From an uncultured Oscillospiraceae bacterium (GTDB taxonomy: Bacteria; Bacillota; Clostridia; Christensenellales; CAG-138): a stretch of DNA of 32,338 bases. Shown piece by piece: positions 1 through 8,648 of this stretch. Made by a program: the position numbers and the translations under genes. The stretch is taken from positions 1 through 32,338 of the forward strand of contig CAZAZI010000003.1 in assembly GCA_964489575.1 (NCBI GenBank), in the 5' to 3' direction. Below the pieces are notes generated by a model, which was given only the letters and a program-made list of their open reading frames with translations, was not told the DNA's origin and ran no database searches. The number at the start of each line of letters is the position of its first letter. Position 1 is the stretch's first letter.

Positions 1-920
1 CCGGGCTTCTTCCCTCCAATACGAAATACGGCGCGTTTTTCGACGCCTCTCCCCTTGCGGCGCAAATCGTAGAAGCCAGTGGCTCCGGGCATTATAGCTC
101 AAGGTTATGTGAACCTGTTTCGCCCCGGGTGTTTGAACGGTTAAAAGAGGCCGGAACCATGCAGCCGGACGCAAGCACCATGCTTCACGCATCCCCCATC
201 CGCGGCGGCTATGTTATCTGGCGGGAGGATGTATCGCAGCTTGCGCGGTTGATCGAGCAGCTCCGCGATACCGGGGCCCAACTGCAGGACGGCGTGGAGC
301 TTTTGGAGGACGAGATCGGCGCAAAATCAAGGCGGCTTCACGTTGAAGAACAAAATAGGCTCTACGACCTGACGCTGCGGCACACCCTGCCCCAGCTTGC
401 GAAAATCAAGCATAACCTCAATGCCGCGCCGCAGGCGGCCGAACGTGAAAAGCTGCGGCTTCTTGGGGAAATCAATGTGCTGGGAACTTACATCAAACGC
501 CGGGGCAACCTTGTTTTGATGGCGGAGGGGCGCGAGGCCGTAACCACGCAGGAGCTTGCGCGCTGCTTTCACGAGTCCTTTGAAAGCCTTGAAGCGGGCG
601 GCGTGCGGTGCGTCCTTTCCATGCAAACCGCCGGCGCGCTGAATCCCGCGCATGCCGTGGTGTTTTACGATTTGTTTGAAGCAATGGCCGAGGCCGCGCT
701 TTCCTCTCTACGCAACGTGTTTGTCACCCTGGCGGATCATGAACATGCTCTGAAACTCTCCGTCGAAACGGAAAGCGACGCGGAGCCGGGGGCTTTTCCT
801 TCTGCGCATTGGCGGGGGGAAACCATTGCAGCCCTTGGCGGCAGCATCGTGTGCGAAACGCAGGCGGCGGGGATATTCCATATCTCGCTGTTCCTGCCGA
901 AAGGGGGCGAGGCGCTATGA
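1..920 (+). CDS. Sensor histidine-kinase-like protein, C-terminal part only (5' end off-window); ATP-binding motifs look degenerate
   Basis: The reading frame is open from base 3 to TGA 918-920, with no stop upstream of the listed start at 129, so the gene enters from the left. A helical DHp-like stretch (RRLHVEEQNRLYDLTLRHTLPQL) is followed by a domain of kinase-CA size. The N-box position reads FEAMAEAALSS (no Asn/His) and no DxGxG is visible (LSVETESDAEPG). The stop overlaps the next start (ATGA 917-920). Confidence 0.55.
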   Translation, partial: GLLPSNTKYGAFFDASPLAAQIVEASGSGHYSSRLCEPVSPRVFERLKEAGTMQPDASTMLHASPIRGGYVIWREDVSQLARLIEQLRDTGAQLQDGVELLEDEIGAKSRRLHVEEQNRLYDLTLRHTLPQLAKIKHNLNAAPQAAEREKLRLLGEINVLGTYIKRRGNLVLMAEGREAVTTQELARCFHESFESLEAGGVRCVLSMQTAGALNPAHAVVFYDLFEAMAEAALSSLRNVFVTLADHEHALKLSVETESDAEPGAFPSAHWRGETIAALGGSIVCETQAAGIFHISLFLPKGGEAL

Positions 921-2218
921 CCGCATTTTTGCGGTTGTCCGATAGGGGAAGGGCCGCTTTGCTCTCTCTGTTTTTCGCGGCGCTCATAGGGCTGCTCTTT
1001 TTGATGATCGTTCGGCGGATGCGGCTTTGTCGCACGCCCGCCTGCCTCCCCCCGATGCTGCTTTTGTTGCTTGCCGGGCTTGACCTTATGTGCCTCTTAG
1101 AGTCGCACCACGCCCTGCACACAGGGCACTTTCCGACCACGGCCGGGCATTGGGCGGGCAGTCTGCCCTGGGCCTTGCATGCCTTGCTCCTGTTCGTATC
1201 CGGCCTATACTGCGCATGGGGATTGCTGCGGGAAAGGCGGGCGGCCGATAGGGAGATCACACCCGATTCCATCCGCGAAGCCCTGGACAACCTGCCAAGC
1301 GGCATTTGCTTTTCGGGGATAAACGGCATCCCGCTGCTTACCAACCTTAGGATGTACGACCTGGCCGAGAGCCTGAGCGGGCACCGTTTGCGTAACGTGG
1401 AGGAGCTGTGGCGGGAGCTTTCGGAATGCGGCGGCCGCAACGGCATAGAATGCGTGCAAAGCGGCGCTTCGCCCGCCTTCCGCTTTTCAAACGGCGGCGT
1501 GTGGCAGTTTGCGAGAACCGAGCTGACGATTGACGCAGAACGATACGTTCAAACTACGGCGGCGGATATTACAGAGCTCTATACCCTCTCGCAAAAGCTG
1601 GCAGAGGGCAACGCCGCCTTGGATGCGCAGCACAAAAGGCTGAAAGCCCTCCTCGCGGAGATCACCCAAATCAAGCGGGAAGAGGAAATTCTCAGCTCCA
1701 AGGTAAAGCTTCACGACGAGCTGGGGCGCTGCGTGCTAGCCGGCCGCCGCTCACTTATGCAGGAGGATTCCGGCGAGGGAGTCGAACCTGTGCTCAGGCT
1801 GTGGCACGAAACAATGGAAAAACTGGAGAGCAGCTTGGGCGATGCGGATAATCCCCAAGACGATACCCTGCGCCAGCTTACGGATGCGGCGGCGGCCCTT
1901 GGCTGCGTTATCGAATTTGAAGGCGAGCTGCCAAAAAGCGGGGATATCGCCTATCTGCTGCTCAGCGCCGTGCGCGAGGCCGTTACCAACGCGGTACGCC
2001 ACGCGTTTGCCGACCGGGTCACAGTTCGCCTTAGCGGAGAAGACGGTGTGCTGGCGGTGCAAATCACGGATAACGGAACCAAGCATCCCGACGCCATCGT
2101 CGAGGGCGGGGGGCTTATGAATCTACGGCGTAGGGTGGAGCGCGCGGGCGGTGCCATGGAGACCATGTGCGCGGGCGGCGTGCGGCTGTTCCTGCGGCTT
2201 ACGACGAGGGGGAAATAA
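917..2218 (+). CDS. Membrane sensor histidine kinase, HisKA_3 (NarX/DesK-like) class
   Basis: ATG 917 lies in frame inside the listed ORF 809-2218 and overlaps the upstream stop. Hydrophobic helices: ALLSLFFAALIGLLFLMIV, MLLLLLAGLDLMCLL, ALHALLLFVSGLYCAWGLL. H-box KLHDELGRCVLAGRRSL, N-box REAVTNAVRHAFA, then ITDNGTK and GGGLMNLRRRVERAGG. Confidence 0.85.
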   Translation: MTAFLRLSDRGRAALLSLFFAALIGLLFLMIVRRMRLCRTPACLPPMLLLLLAGLDLMCLLESHHALHTGHFPTTAGHWAGSLPWALHALLLFVSGLYCAWGLLRERRAADREITPDSIREALDNLPSGICFSGINGIPLLTNLRMYDLAESLSGHRLRNVEELWRELSECGGRNGIECVQSGASPAFRFSNGGVWQFARTELTIDAERYVQTTAADITELYTLSQKLAEGNAALDAQHKRLKALLAEITQIKREEEILSSKVKLHDELGRCVLAGRRSLMQEDSGEGVEPVLRLWHETMEKLESSLGDADNPQDDTLRQLTDAAAALGCVIEFEGELPKSGDIAYLLLSAVREAVTNAVRHAFADRVTVRLSGEDGVLAVQITDNGTKHPDAIVEGGGLMNLRRRVERAGGAMETMCAGGVRLFLRLTTRGK

Positions 2219-2220
2219 GT

Positions 2221-2847
2221 ATGGTGAATGTGCTAATCGTGGATGACCAGCGCACGGCGCGGCAAATACTGGAGGACGCCGTTTTAAGCAACGCAGATCG
2301 TTACCGCTTGGTACGCTCCATTGAAAACGCTTCCATGGCCGAAATGTACTGCATGCGCGGCGGGGTGGATTTGATCCTTATGGACGTTTATACCGCCCAC
2401 CGGGAAAACGGGCTGGAAGCCGCGGCAAAGATCAAAAAGAACCACCCAAGAATCAAAATCATCATCGTGACCTCCTTGCCCGAACACAGCTTTATCCAAA
2501 AAGCGCGGGCGGCGGGCTGCGAGAGCTTTTGGTACAAAGACGTGTGCGAGGAAGATTTGCTCAGCGTAATGGATCGAACCATGGCTGGTGCGTCCATCTA
2601 CCCTGACGCCGCGCCGGTGCTGCAAATCGGCGAGGCGAAAAGCGTCGAGTTTACCAAGCGGGAGTTGGAGGTGCTGCGAGAAAAGGTCAACGGCTGTTCC
2701 AACCAGGAAATCTGCCAGCGGCTTAATATCAAAAAATCCACCTTAGATTATCATATGAACAATATCCTCTCCAAAACCGGCTATCCCAACACCGTGCGGC
2801 TTGCGATGGATGTGGTGGAGCAAAAGTTTATTATCCCCGAGTTTTAG
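2221..2847 (+). CDS. Response regulator, NarL/LuxR family (receiver + GerE-type HTH)
   Basis: ATG 2221 is 2 nt after the kinase stop. Receiver signatures: VLIVDDQ, DLILMDV, IIIVTS, FWYK. C-terminal HTH: TKRELEVLREKVNGCSNQEICQRLNIKKSTLDYHMNNILSKTG. Confidence 0.9.
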   Translation: MVNVLIVDDQRTARQILEDAVLSNADRYRLVRSIENASMAEMYCMRGGVDLILMDVYTAHRENGLEAAAKIKKNHPRIKIIIVTSLPEHSFIQKARAAGCESFWYKDVCEEDLLSVMDRTMAGASIYPDAAPVLQIGEAKSVEFTKRELEVLREKVNGCSNQEICQRLNIKKSTLDYHMNNILSKTGYPNTVRLAMDVVEQKFIIPEF

Positions 2848-2858
2848 CAGTGAAGCTT

Positions 2859-2895
2859 GCCGCGCCGCTCTTATGGGCGGCGCGGTATTTATTTG
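2859..2895 (+). terminator. Probable rho-independent terminator after the response regulator
   Basis: GCCGCGCCGC (2859-2868), loop TCTTATGG, GCGGCGCGGT (2877-2886), followed by ATTTATTT. Confidence 0.55.
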
Positions 2896-3021
2896 GAAAA
2901 AATCCTTAAAAAGCGCTCGAACCTGTACTTTTGCTTGGGGCGCTTTTTTTGTTTGCCTGCTAAGGTATAGGCGTAAGAGCATATCTACCCTTATCCTGGC
3001 AGAAAGCGAGGTGCGCGCGGC

Positions 3022-3402
3022 TTGAGAAACATCGTGGTCAGCATACCCAACAACCTCCTCTCCGGCGGCCTTTGTCTGTATTTGCAAAAGGAGCCCGGCT
3101 TTCGCGTTTTCCGTGAGGATCGGCTGGAACAGCTTACGGATACCTGCGTCGCGGCAGGCGCGGATGTCCTGCTGGCCGAGGTGCGCCACTATTTCCCCTA
3201 TACCGTGGCGAACTGGCTGACGCGCTCCGGGGCCGTTAAAGAACAGCTGCCGCAATGCAGGATCGCCTTTGTAGTGGACGAAAACTCCAGCCCCGAGGTG
3301 GCCGAGGAGGTCAAGCGGGCAAAGGGCAAAGGGCTGATCGACGCCTTTTTCTACGGCACCGTGTCCGGCGAGTATGTGACCGCCGTCGTCGGCAGCCTTT
3401 GA
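3022..3402 (+). CDS. Stand-alone receiver-like (pseudo-receiver) domain protein
   Basis: TTG start 3022 is preceded by GAGGTG (3008-3013). By-eye alignment to the adjacent regulator: NIVVSIPNN vs NVLIVDDQ, ADVLLAEV vs DLILMDV, IAFVVDE vs IIIVTS, AFFYG vs SFWYK. The acidic pocket, Asp acceptor and Lys are therefore all replaced. Confidence 0.5.
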   Translation: MRNIVVSIPNNLLSGGLCLYLQKEPGFRVFREDRLEQLTDTCVAAGADVLLAEVRHYFPYTVANWLTRSGAVKEQLPQCRIAFVVDENSSPEVAEEVKRAKGKGLIDAFFYGTVSGEYVTAVVGSL

Positions 3403-3531
3403 GAGAAGCAAAGAAGGCCGTCAAAGCCGCAGGCTTTAACATAGCTCCTTGTTGAAATGCCGAAGGCCCAAGGGATTTCCACAAGGATTCTATATAAAAA
3501 TCAATGGCAGCGAAAAGCGAAGGAGGAAACT

Positions 3532-5619
3532 ATGGCATTTTGCAGCAATTGCGGCGCACAGATCAAGCCGGAAACAAAATTCTGCGACAACTGCGGTACG
3601 CCTGTGCCTATTGCCGCGCATGAACCAGAAATAGGGCAGGCTACGCCCGCGCAGCCCCAAGGAGTCTATACGCCGCCCACACAGCAAACGCAAAGCAGCT
3701 ACACCCCGCCCACGCAACAGGTGCAGAGCAGTTATGCTCCGCCCGTGCAACAGGTGCAGGGAGATTATGTCCCACCCGTGCAACAGGTGCAGGGCAGTTA
3801 TTCTCCACCTGCTCAGCAACCGCAGGGCAGTTATACGCCCCCCGCGCAGCAGGCGCAGGGCAGTTATTCTCCACCTACCCAGCAACCGCAGGGCAGTTAT
3901 ACGCCCCCCGCGCAGCAGGCGCAACCTAGCTATACCCCACCCACGCAGCAGGCGCAGGGCAACGACGCAACGCCCACGCAACAGGCGCAAGGCGGCTATG
4001 CCCCGCCCACCCAACAGGCCTATGCCGCGCAGGCTGCTTATAGCGCGCCGCAAACAGCCCCCAAGCAAAAGAAACCCTTGGACAAAAAGCTGCTTCTTTT
4101 TGGCGGCATAGGCATTGCGGCCATTCTCATCATCGTGCTGATCGTATCGCTTTTGGGCGGCAAGAGCGATCCCCATGTGGGCATATGGAACGGCACGAAG
4201 CTGGAGGCGCAGGGCGTTGCCCTCGACGTCAAGGAAGTCATGGGCGGCGGCTTTATTTTTGACATCCAGGAAAACGGCAAATGCGCGCTGACCATTGGCC
4301 CCGAGAAATTGAACGGCACATGGGAAAAGAACAAGGACGGCATTTTAATCAAAGCCGGCGCGTTCACTTTCGACTGCAAGGTCAAGGGCACGACCATGGT
4401 CATTGAAAACTATGCGGATTCCGGCATGACCCTGACATTGGAGAAAGAAGGCGGCAAGGGCGGTAAAGGCGGCGCAACGCCCGATGATCCAAACCTTGGC
4501 GTTTGGAAGGTAGTATTCGCCGAGATGTGGGGCGTGGAAACGGATATCAAAGACGTTTTTGAGAACGGCTTTACCATCGAGTTGCTGGATAAGGGCAAGT
4601 GCAAGCTGAATATAGACGGCACCGAGGGCAACGGCAAGTGGACCTTGGAAAACGGCGTGCTCCACATCAAGGGCGGCGGCCTGGATTCCAGCGGTACGCT
4701 CAAGGATGGCATGCTCGTTCTGGAAGATGTGTTAGGCACGGGCTTGAAGCTGAAATTCCAAAAGGAAGGGGCGCAAGCGGTTATCGCAAGCGCCAACGAC
4801 CCGTCTTCATCCGGCCTTCCTTTCGGTTCAGACGAGGAGGGGATGGCCGCCGCCTTCCAATCCCCCACTACGGCCATTGAAGTGGATAGCTACTGGTATG
4901 GAACGGCGATCCTATCGAACTTCACCCCCGCAAACCGCGCCGCCGAGGTGGAAGGGGCCAGCGATGTATGGGGCTATATCGGCACCGCGAACAACGGGCG
5001 CACTTACTTTGAAGTGTATGATTCGCCCGAAATGGCGGACACGCCGACACTCTCCTTGTATATCGACCTGTATGATACGTTTTTCAACGCGGAGATCGGC
5101 GATGAGGACGCATGGCTGATCGGAACGTATCTTGACGAAAGCGATGCATACTACTTCTCCCCCCTGCTTGAGAACGGCGCGCTGCGCATCGATTACCGCA
5201 GCGAAGGAAAGAACACCTCCTACGACATTTTAATCTTTTTGCGGGAGGACGGCGCGCCTTGGGACGAGGAGAACGATCCGCTGCCCCCGGGCTATGACGA
5301 ATATAAGGCGGCGCATAATGATGGCGAAACCGCCTCCGACGTGGGTGCGTCCAAACCAGCGCAGACGGAGCTTCTCACAGCCGCTCAACTGCGGGAAGCC
5401 TATGACGCCATGGACCCTTCCGGCATGACGTATGAGGAGGTGCGCGATCTCTATCTGAACGGCGTTGACGGCGAACGGGAGGAACGGGATAACCCGGATA
5501 TTCACGCATATGTATGGTACGCGGCGGAAGGGACGGAAAAGCGCGTGTATGTCTCCTTCAAGAAGAACGCGGCTGGTAAATACGTTTACACCAGCAGAAG
5601 CATCAACAATATCTCATAG
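3532..5619 (+). CDS. Zinc-ribbon membrane protein with P/Q-rich repeat linker and large extracytoplasmic region
   Basis: AGGAGG 3521-3526, ATG 3532. N-terminal zinc ribbon FCSNCGAQIKPETKFCDNCG (CxxC-x10-CxxC). Eleven 11-aa Y(T/S)PP(T/A)QQxQGS repeats. One TM helix LLLFGGIGIAAILIIVLIVSLLGG. Two tandem ~90-aa modules (about 4178-4452 and 4496-4772) share G(I/V)W...ENG(K)C.L...NG(T/K)W...KEG and look lipocalin-like. I do not recognise the ~280-aa C-terminal domain. Confidence 0.8.
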   Translation: MAFCSNCGAQIKPETKFCDNCGTPVPIAAHEPEIGQATPAQPQGVYTPPTQQTQSSYTPPTQQVQSSYAPPVQQVQGDYVPPVQQVQGSYSPPAQQPQGSYTPPAQQAQGSYSPPTQQPQGSYTPPAQQAQPSYTPPTQQAQGNDATPTQQAQGGYAPPTQQAYAAQAAYSAPQTAPKQKKPLDKKLLLFGGIGIAAILIIVLIVSLLGGKSDPHVGIWNGTKLEAQGVALDVKEVMGGGFIFDIQENGKCALTIGPEKLNGTWEKNKDGILIKAGAFTFDCKVKGTTMVIENYADSGMTLTLEKEGGKGGKGGATPDDPNLGVWKVVFAEMWGVETDIKDVFENGFTIELLDKGKCKLNIDGTEGNGKWTLENGVLHIKGGGLDSSGTLKDGMLVLEDVLGTGLKLKFQKEGAQAVIASANDPSSSGLPFGSDEEGMAAAFQSPTTAIEVDSYWYGTAILSNFTPANRAAEVEGASDVWGYIGTANNGRTYFEVYDSPEMADTPTLSLYIDLYDTFFNAEIGDEDAWLIGTYLDESDAYYFSPLLENGALRIDYRSEGKNTSYDILIFLREDGAPWDEENDPLPPGYDEYKAAHNDGETASDVGASKPAQTELLTAAQLREAYDAMDPSGMTYEEVRDLYLNGVDGEREERDNPDIHAYVWYAAEGTEKRVYVSFKKNAAGKYVYTSRSINNIS
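3667..4029 (+). repeat. 33-bp in-frame tandem repeat array (about 11 units) inside CDS 3532-5619
   Basis: Units start at 3667, 3700, 3733, 3766, 3799, 3832, 3865, 3898, 3931, 3964 and 3997. Blocks 3799-3864 and 3865-3930 form a near-identical 66-bp higher-order duplication. Confidence 0.9.
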
Positions 5620-5648
5620 GCAACCGGCGGATTTCTAAAAGGGAAGCG

Positions 5649-6671
5649 ATGTTCATGCGTACTTTTCTAAGCAATATATGGAGAGCGCCTTGCGCGCGGC
5701 GCACCGGCATAAAAGCAAGCGCGCTTCTCATGCTGGCGATTCTGCTGCTTTGCGCGGGCTGCTCCGCGCAAAGCAGCGGTAACGGCGCCTTGCGCGACAA
5801 GCTGTTGCAGGGCGTGGAGGATGCGCGCAAGCAAAGCCCCGCGCCCGAGGCCTTGGCCCCCTTGGGCGCGGCAACGCCGCCCGCAGAAACGATCGACCTT
5901 GCCGCATCCCCTTGGGCGGAGAAGCTCGAGGGCGCATGGGTGGAAGTAAGCCGCTTTGCCGAGCCCGAGAGCCTTTCGATCCTCTTCTTTACAGAGGATG
6001 GGCGCGTCTATGTAGGCGTTGAAAACTACTGGGCCATGCTCGAGGGTGAGGCCATAAGCCATGACGCATGGGCGCTCGAAAACGGCGCGCCGCAATACAT
6101 CGACAATACTAGCGGCGATGTTGGGCGTATCGAGCTTGACGCGGACGGGGCGCTGATCGTGAAATGGGGAAACGGGTTTTCATGGATATACGCAAGGCCC
6201 GATACCCCGCGTGCCACGAGCCTTTTGATGGGGGGCAGCTATGCCGGCTATTTCGATCTGGCGGAAAACGTAAAGCTTGCCTACCTGCTTTTGGGTGAGG
6301 AGCTTTCAGGCGACGAGGCGTATGCCACGATTTGGCTCAACGATGCGGTTTGGATCGACCGTGACGACCAGGAGCGCATCGCCCAATACGGCCTTGAGGA
6401 CTATTTTGCCGATTATGACGATGAGTATTTCATCGTCAGCGACGATCATGCCTGGCGGCCTTTGTTCGTGATGCCTGAAGAGACGGTCTTTTGCATCGTA
6501 AGCTACAACGACAAGGGCGACGTACTTCATGAATCGGTAGATTTTGCGGCCTTTTTGGAGCTTGCGGAGGAAAGATCCAGTGAGGATTACGAACATCCCT
6601 TGCTCGTATATTACTACGACGAGGGTACGGACAGCATAGTTTTTGCGATCAGGGAAGTATATCTGGCCTGA
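5649..6671 (+). CDS. Putative lipoprotein, unknown function
   Basis: AAGGGAAG precedes ATG 5649. Signal peptide with lipobox: ALLMLAILLLCAGC|SAQSSG. The acidic mature part has a GAWVEV start similar to the G-x-W modules of neighbouring genes. Confidence 0.7.
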   Translation: MFMRTFLSNIWRAPCARRTGIKASALLMLAILLLCAGCSAQSSGNGALRDKLLQGVEDARKQSPAPEALAPLGAATPPAETIDLAASPWAEKLEGAWVEVSRFAEPESLSILFFTEDGRVYVGVENYWAMLEGEAISHDAWALENGAPQYIDNTSGDVGRIELDADGALIVKWGNGFSWIYARPDTPRATSLLMGGSYAGYFDLAENVKLAYLLLGEELSGDEAYATIWLNDAVWIDRDDQERIAQYGLEDYFADYDDEYFIVSDDHAWRPLFVMPEETVFCIVSYNDKGDVLHESVDFAAFLELAEERSSEDYEHPLLVYYYDEGTDSIVFAIREVYLA

Positions 6672-6711
6672 TCAACGATACGCCAATAAAAAAATAAGAG
6701 GAGGCTTTACC

Positions 6712-7389
6712 ATGCGTTATTCCATCGAAGGCGGCTCTTTGCCCGCCGTACTCATCCAGCTCGATCCCGGCGAATCCATCATCAGCGAATCCGGCGGGCG
6801 CACCTGGTCCAGGGGCCCCATCGCCGCAGAAACCACCTCTGAAGGCGGCGCGGGCAAGGCCATAGGCCGCCTGTTTACGGGCGAGAGCCTGTTCATGTCC
6901 CGCTACACGGCGCAGGGCCCCGCGGAAATCGCCTTTTCCTCGTCCTTCCCGGGCAGCATCGTGGCCCGCACGCTCCAGCCGGGCGAAAGCATCATCTGCC
7001 AAAAGAGCTCCTTCCTCTGTGCCACCTATGGCGTGGAGCTGGCGGTGCACTTCCAAAAGAAGCTGGGCGCGGGCCTTGTGGGCGGCGAGGGTTTCATCAT
7101 GCAGCGCGTAACCGGCCCCGGCATGGTGTTTTTAGAAGTGGATGGCCATTGCCAGGAATACGACTTGCAGCCCGGCGAGCCGCTTATCTGCGATACCGGT
7201 GTGCTGGCCATTATGGACGCCACCTGCCAGATGGATGTACAGATGGTCAAGGGGGTAAAGAACATGCTCTTTGGCGGCGAGGGTTTATTCGATACGGTCA
7301 TCACAGGGCCGGGCAAGGTCTATTTACAAACCATGACCATCGCCAAGCTCGCCAAACTCATGGTTCCGTATCTGCCCTTCAAAAAGTAA
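6712..7389 (+). CDS. AIM24 / TIGR00266 (DUF124) family protein
   Basis: AGAGGAGG 6697-6704, ATG 6712. MRYSIEGGSLPAVLIQLDPGESIISESGG ... GGEGFIMQRVTGPGMVFLEVDG ... FGGEGLFDTVITGPGKVYLQTMTIAKLA, the repeated GGEG(L/F)-x-GPG-x-V-x-L pattern typical of this family. Confidence 0.85.
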   Translation: MRYSIEGGSLPAVLIQLDPGESIISESGGRTWSRGPIAAETTSEGGAGKAIGRLFTGESLFMSRYTAQGPAEIAFSSSFPGSIVARTLQPGESIICQKSSFLCATYGVELAVHFQKKLGAGLVGGEGFIMQRVTGPGMVFLEVDGHCQEYDLQPGEPLICDTGVLAIMDATCQMDVQMVKGVKNMLFGGEGLFDTVITGPGKVYLQTMTIAKLAKLMVPYLPFKK

Positions 7390-7475
7390 AGCAAGGCGGC
7401 GTTTGTGCCCATAGGGCAAAACGCATGGCTCATTGCTCAAAGGCTGAAAGCCTAAGGGCTTTCGGCAGGCAAAGC

Positions 7476-7508
7476 GCCGGGGCGGCAACGCCCCGGCCGC
7501 CCTGTTTT
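7476..7508 (+). terminator. Probable rho-independent terminator after the AIM24 gene
   Basis: GCCGGGGCG (7476-7484), loop GCAA, CGCCCCGGC (7489-7497), then CGCCCTGTTTT. Confidence 0.6.
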
Positions 7509-7555
7509 CCGCCCGTTTGCGGCGGGGCCAGGCAGGGCGGAATCGGAGGCCTGCT

Positions 7556-7708
7556 ATGACGAAGCTATGTACGCAGTGCGACAGCGCGTTGAATCCGGAA
7601 AGCAAATTCCGCCATAATTGCGGCGCGGCAGTTCCGGAAATCGCCGTACCGAAGCGCTCCATCAGCAGCCGCAGGGCAGTTGCAGTATCGGCTGCACGAA
7701 CAGCGTAG
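7556..7708 (+). CDS. Small zinc-ribbon-like ORF (50 aa), second knuckle degenerate
   Basis: GGAGG 7545-7549, ATG 7556. MTKLCTQCDSALNPESKFRHNCGAAVP parallels the N-terminus of CDS 3532, but the third Cys is CGC (Arg). The tail is Arg/Ser/Ala-rich. Confidence 0.4.
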   Translation: MTKLCTQCDSALNPESKFRHNCGAAVPEIAVPKRSISSRRAVAVSAARTA

Positions 7709-7715
7709 GTTGAAA

Positions 7716-8636
7716 ATGACTGCTATGAAATGGTTGTGTATACGCATTGCCGCGTTGATCCTGTGCCTCATGCTGCTTATGGGATGCTCTGAAAGGGGCG
7801 GGAATATGTTAAAAAACGAGGAAGCCATAACCGGCGGCCTTGTGGATCGGACGAACCCCAACGCGCCTAAATTCATCCTTTCAAAGGATATAAGCGCCTT
7901 CGCGTACGAGTTTAACTGCGATTTTTTCAGGCATTACGGCCGGCGGATCACGTATAGCTATTGCTCCTTCAGCCTAACGCGGCAGGAGGATGGCGCTTTG
8001 TGTACGGGCTGGGGGTACGGTGATTCTAACGCCGTTTTTGACTTTGAATTTATAGCGCCCCTATCCTCGCTCGACGCGCTGCAAGCCGTGATCGACGAGC
8101 ACGCTTTGGCAAAGGCCAACGGCATAGACCAAACCGTCCGGGGCATACCGGATCATGGCGGCGCGTCCTTGCGGGTGGCGTACGCATCAGGCGAGCGTAT
8201 CTACGCTTACGATAACCGGTCGGCGGTCATCGCTTCCCAAGCCACGCTTGCCCTGTTCGACTTTTTCCATGAGCTTGCGCGGGATGCGGATTGCGACTTC
8301 CTCCATACCGAGGAAGAGATCAAGGCATTCCAAGCTCATATTGCGGGGCGCTGGGAGGATATGGAACACACGGCCACGCTGGTGCTCCATGGCGATTCCA
8401 TAAAAGTCTACGCGGGTGAAACGCTCACAGACGATACGACCTATTACCTTGCCTACGATAAGCTCTACAACAAACAGGGGGAAAACGGGCGTTTTGCCCG
8501 ATACGCACGCATCGAGTGGCGCGACGGCTGCCTCATCGGCATTGAGGAGGGAGGCGGTGAAACCGAGTTCTATTATTTATTTGAAGAGCATGCGGAACAA
8601 CCCGAGACGCCTGTTGTACCCACGGAAGGGCCCTAA
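7716..8636 (+). CDS. Putative lipoprotein, unknown function
   Basis: ATG 7716 or 7725 (listed TTG 7680 is less likely). Signal peptide with lipobox: MKWLCIRIAALILCLMLLMGC|SERGG. Contains a GRWEDMEH... G-x-W module. Confidence 0.7.
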   Translation: MTAMKWLCIRIAALILCLMLLMGCSERGGNMLKNEEAITGGLVDRTNPNAPKFILSKDISAFAYEFNCDFFRHYGRRITYSYCSFSLTRQEDGALCTGWGYGDSNAVFDFEFIAPLSSLDALQAVIDEHALAKANGIDQTVRGIPDHGGASLRVAYASGERIYAYDNRSAVIASQATLALFDFFHELARDADCDFLHTEEEIKAFQAHIAGRWEDMEHTATLVLHGDSIKVYAGETLTDDTTYYLAYDKLYNKQGENGRFARYARIEWRDGCLIGIEEGGGETEFYYLFEEHAEQPETPVVPTEGP

Positions 8637-8648
8637 CCGACGGGCTTC

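Noticed and set aside
3490-4176. Minus-strand 228-aa ORF, plus overlapping ORFs 3641-3874 (-) and 3734-4111 (+)
   Set aside because: They are shadows of the 33-bp tandem repeat: periodic Arg/Leu-rich text with no start context. The plus-strand zinc-ribbon gene explains the region.
7556-8636. Idea that the mini zinc-ribbon ORF and the following lipoprotein are one frameshifted zinc-ribbon-TM protein like CDS 3532
   Set aside because: The downstream gene has its own complete lipoprotein signal peptide (MKWLCIRIAALILCLMLLMGC) starting at an ATG, which is sufficient on its own. A fusion is not required.
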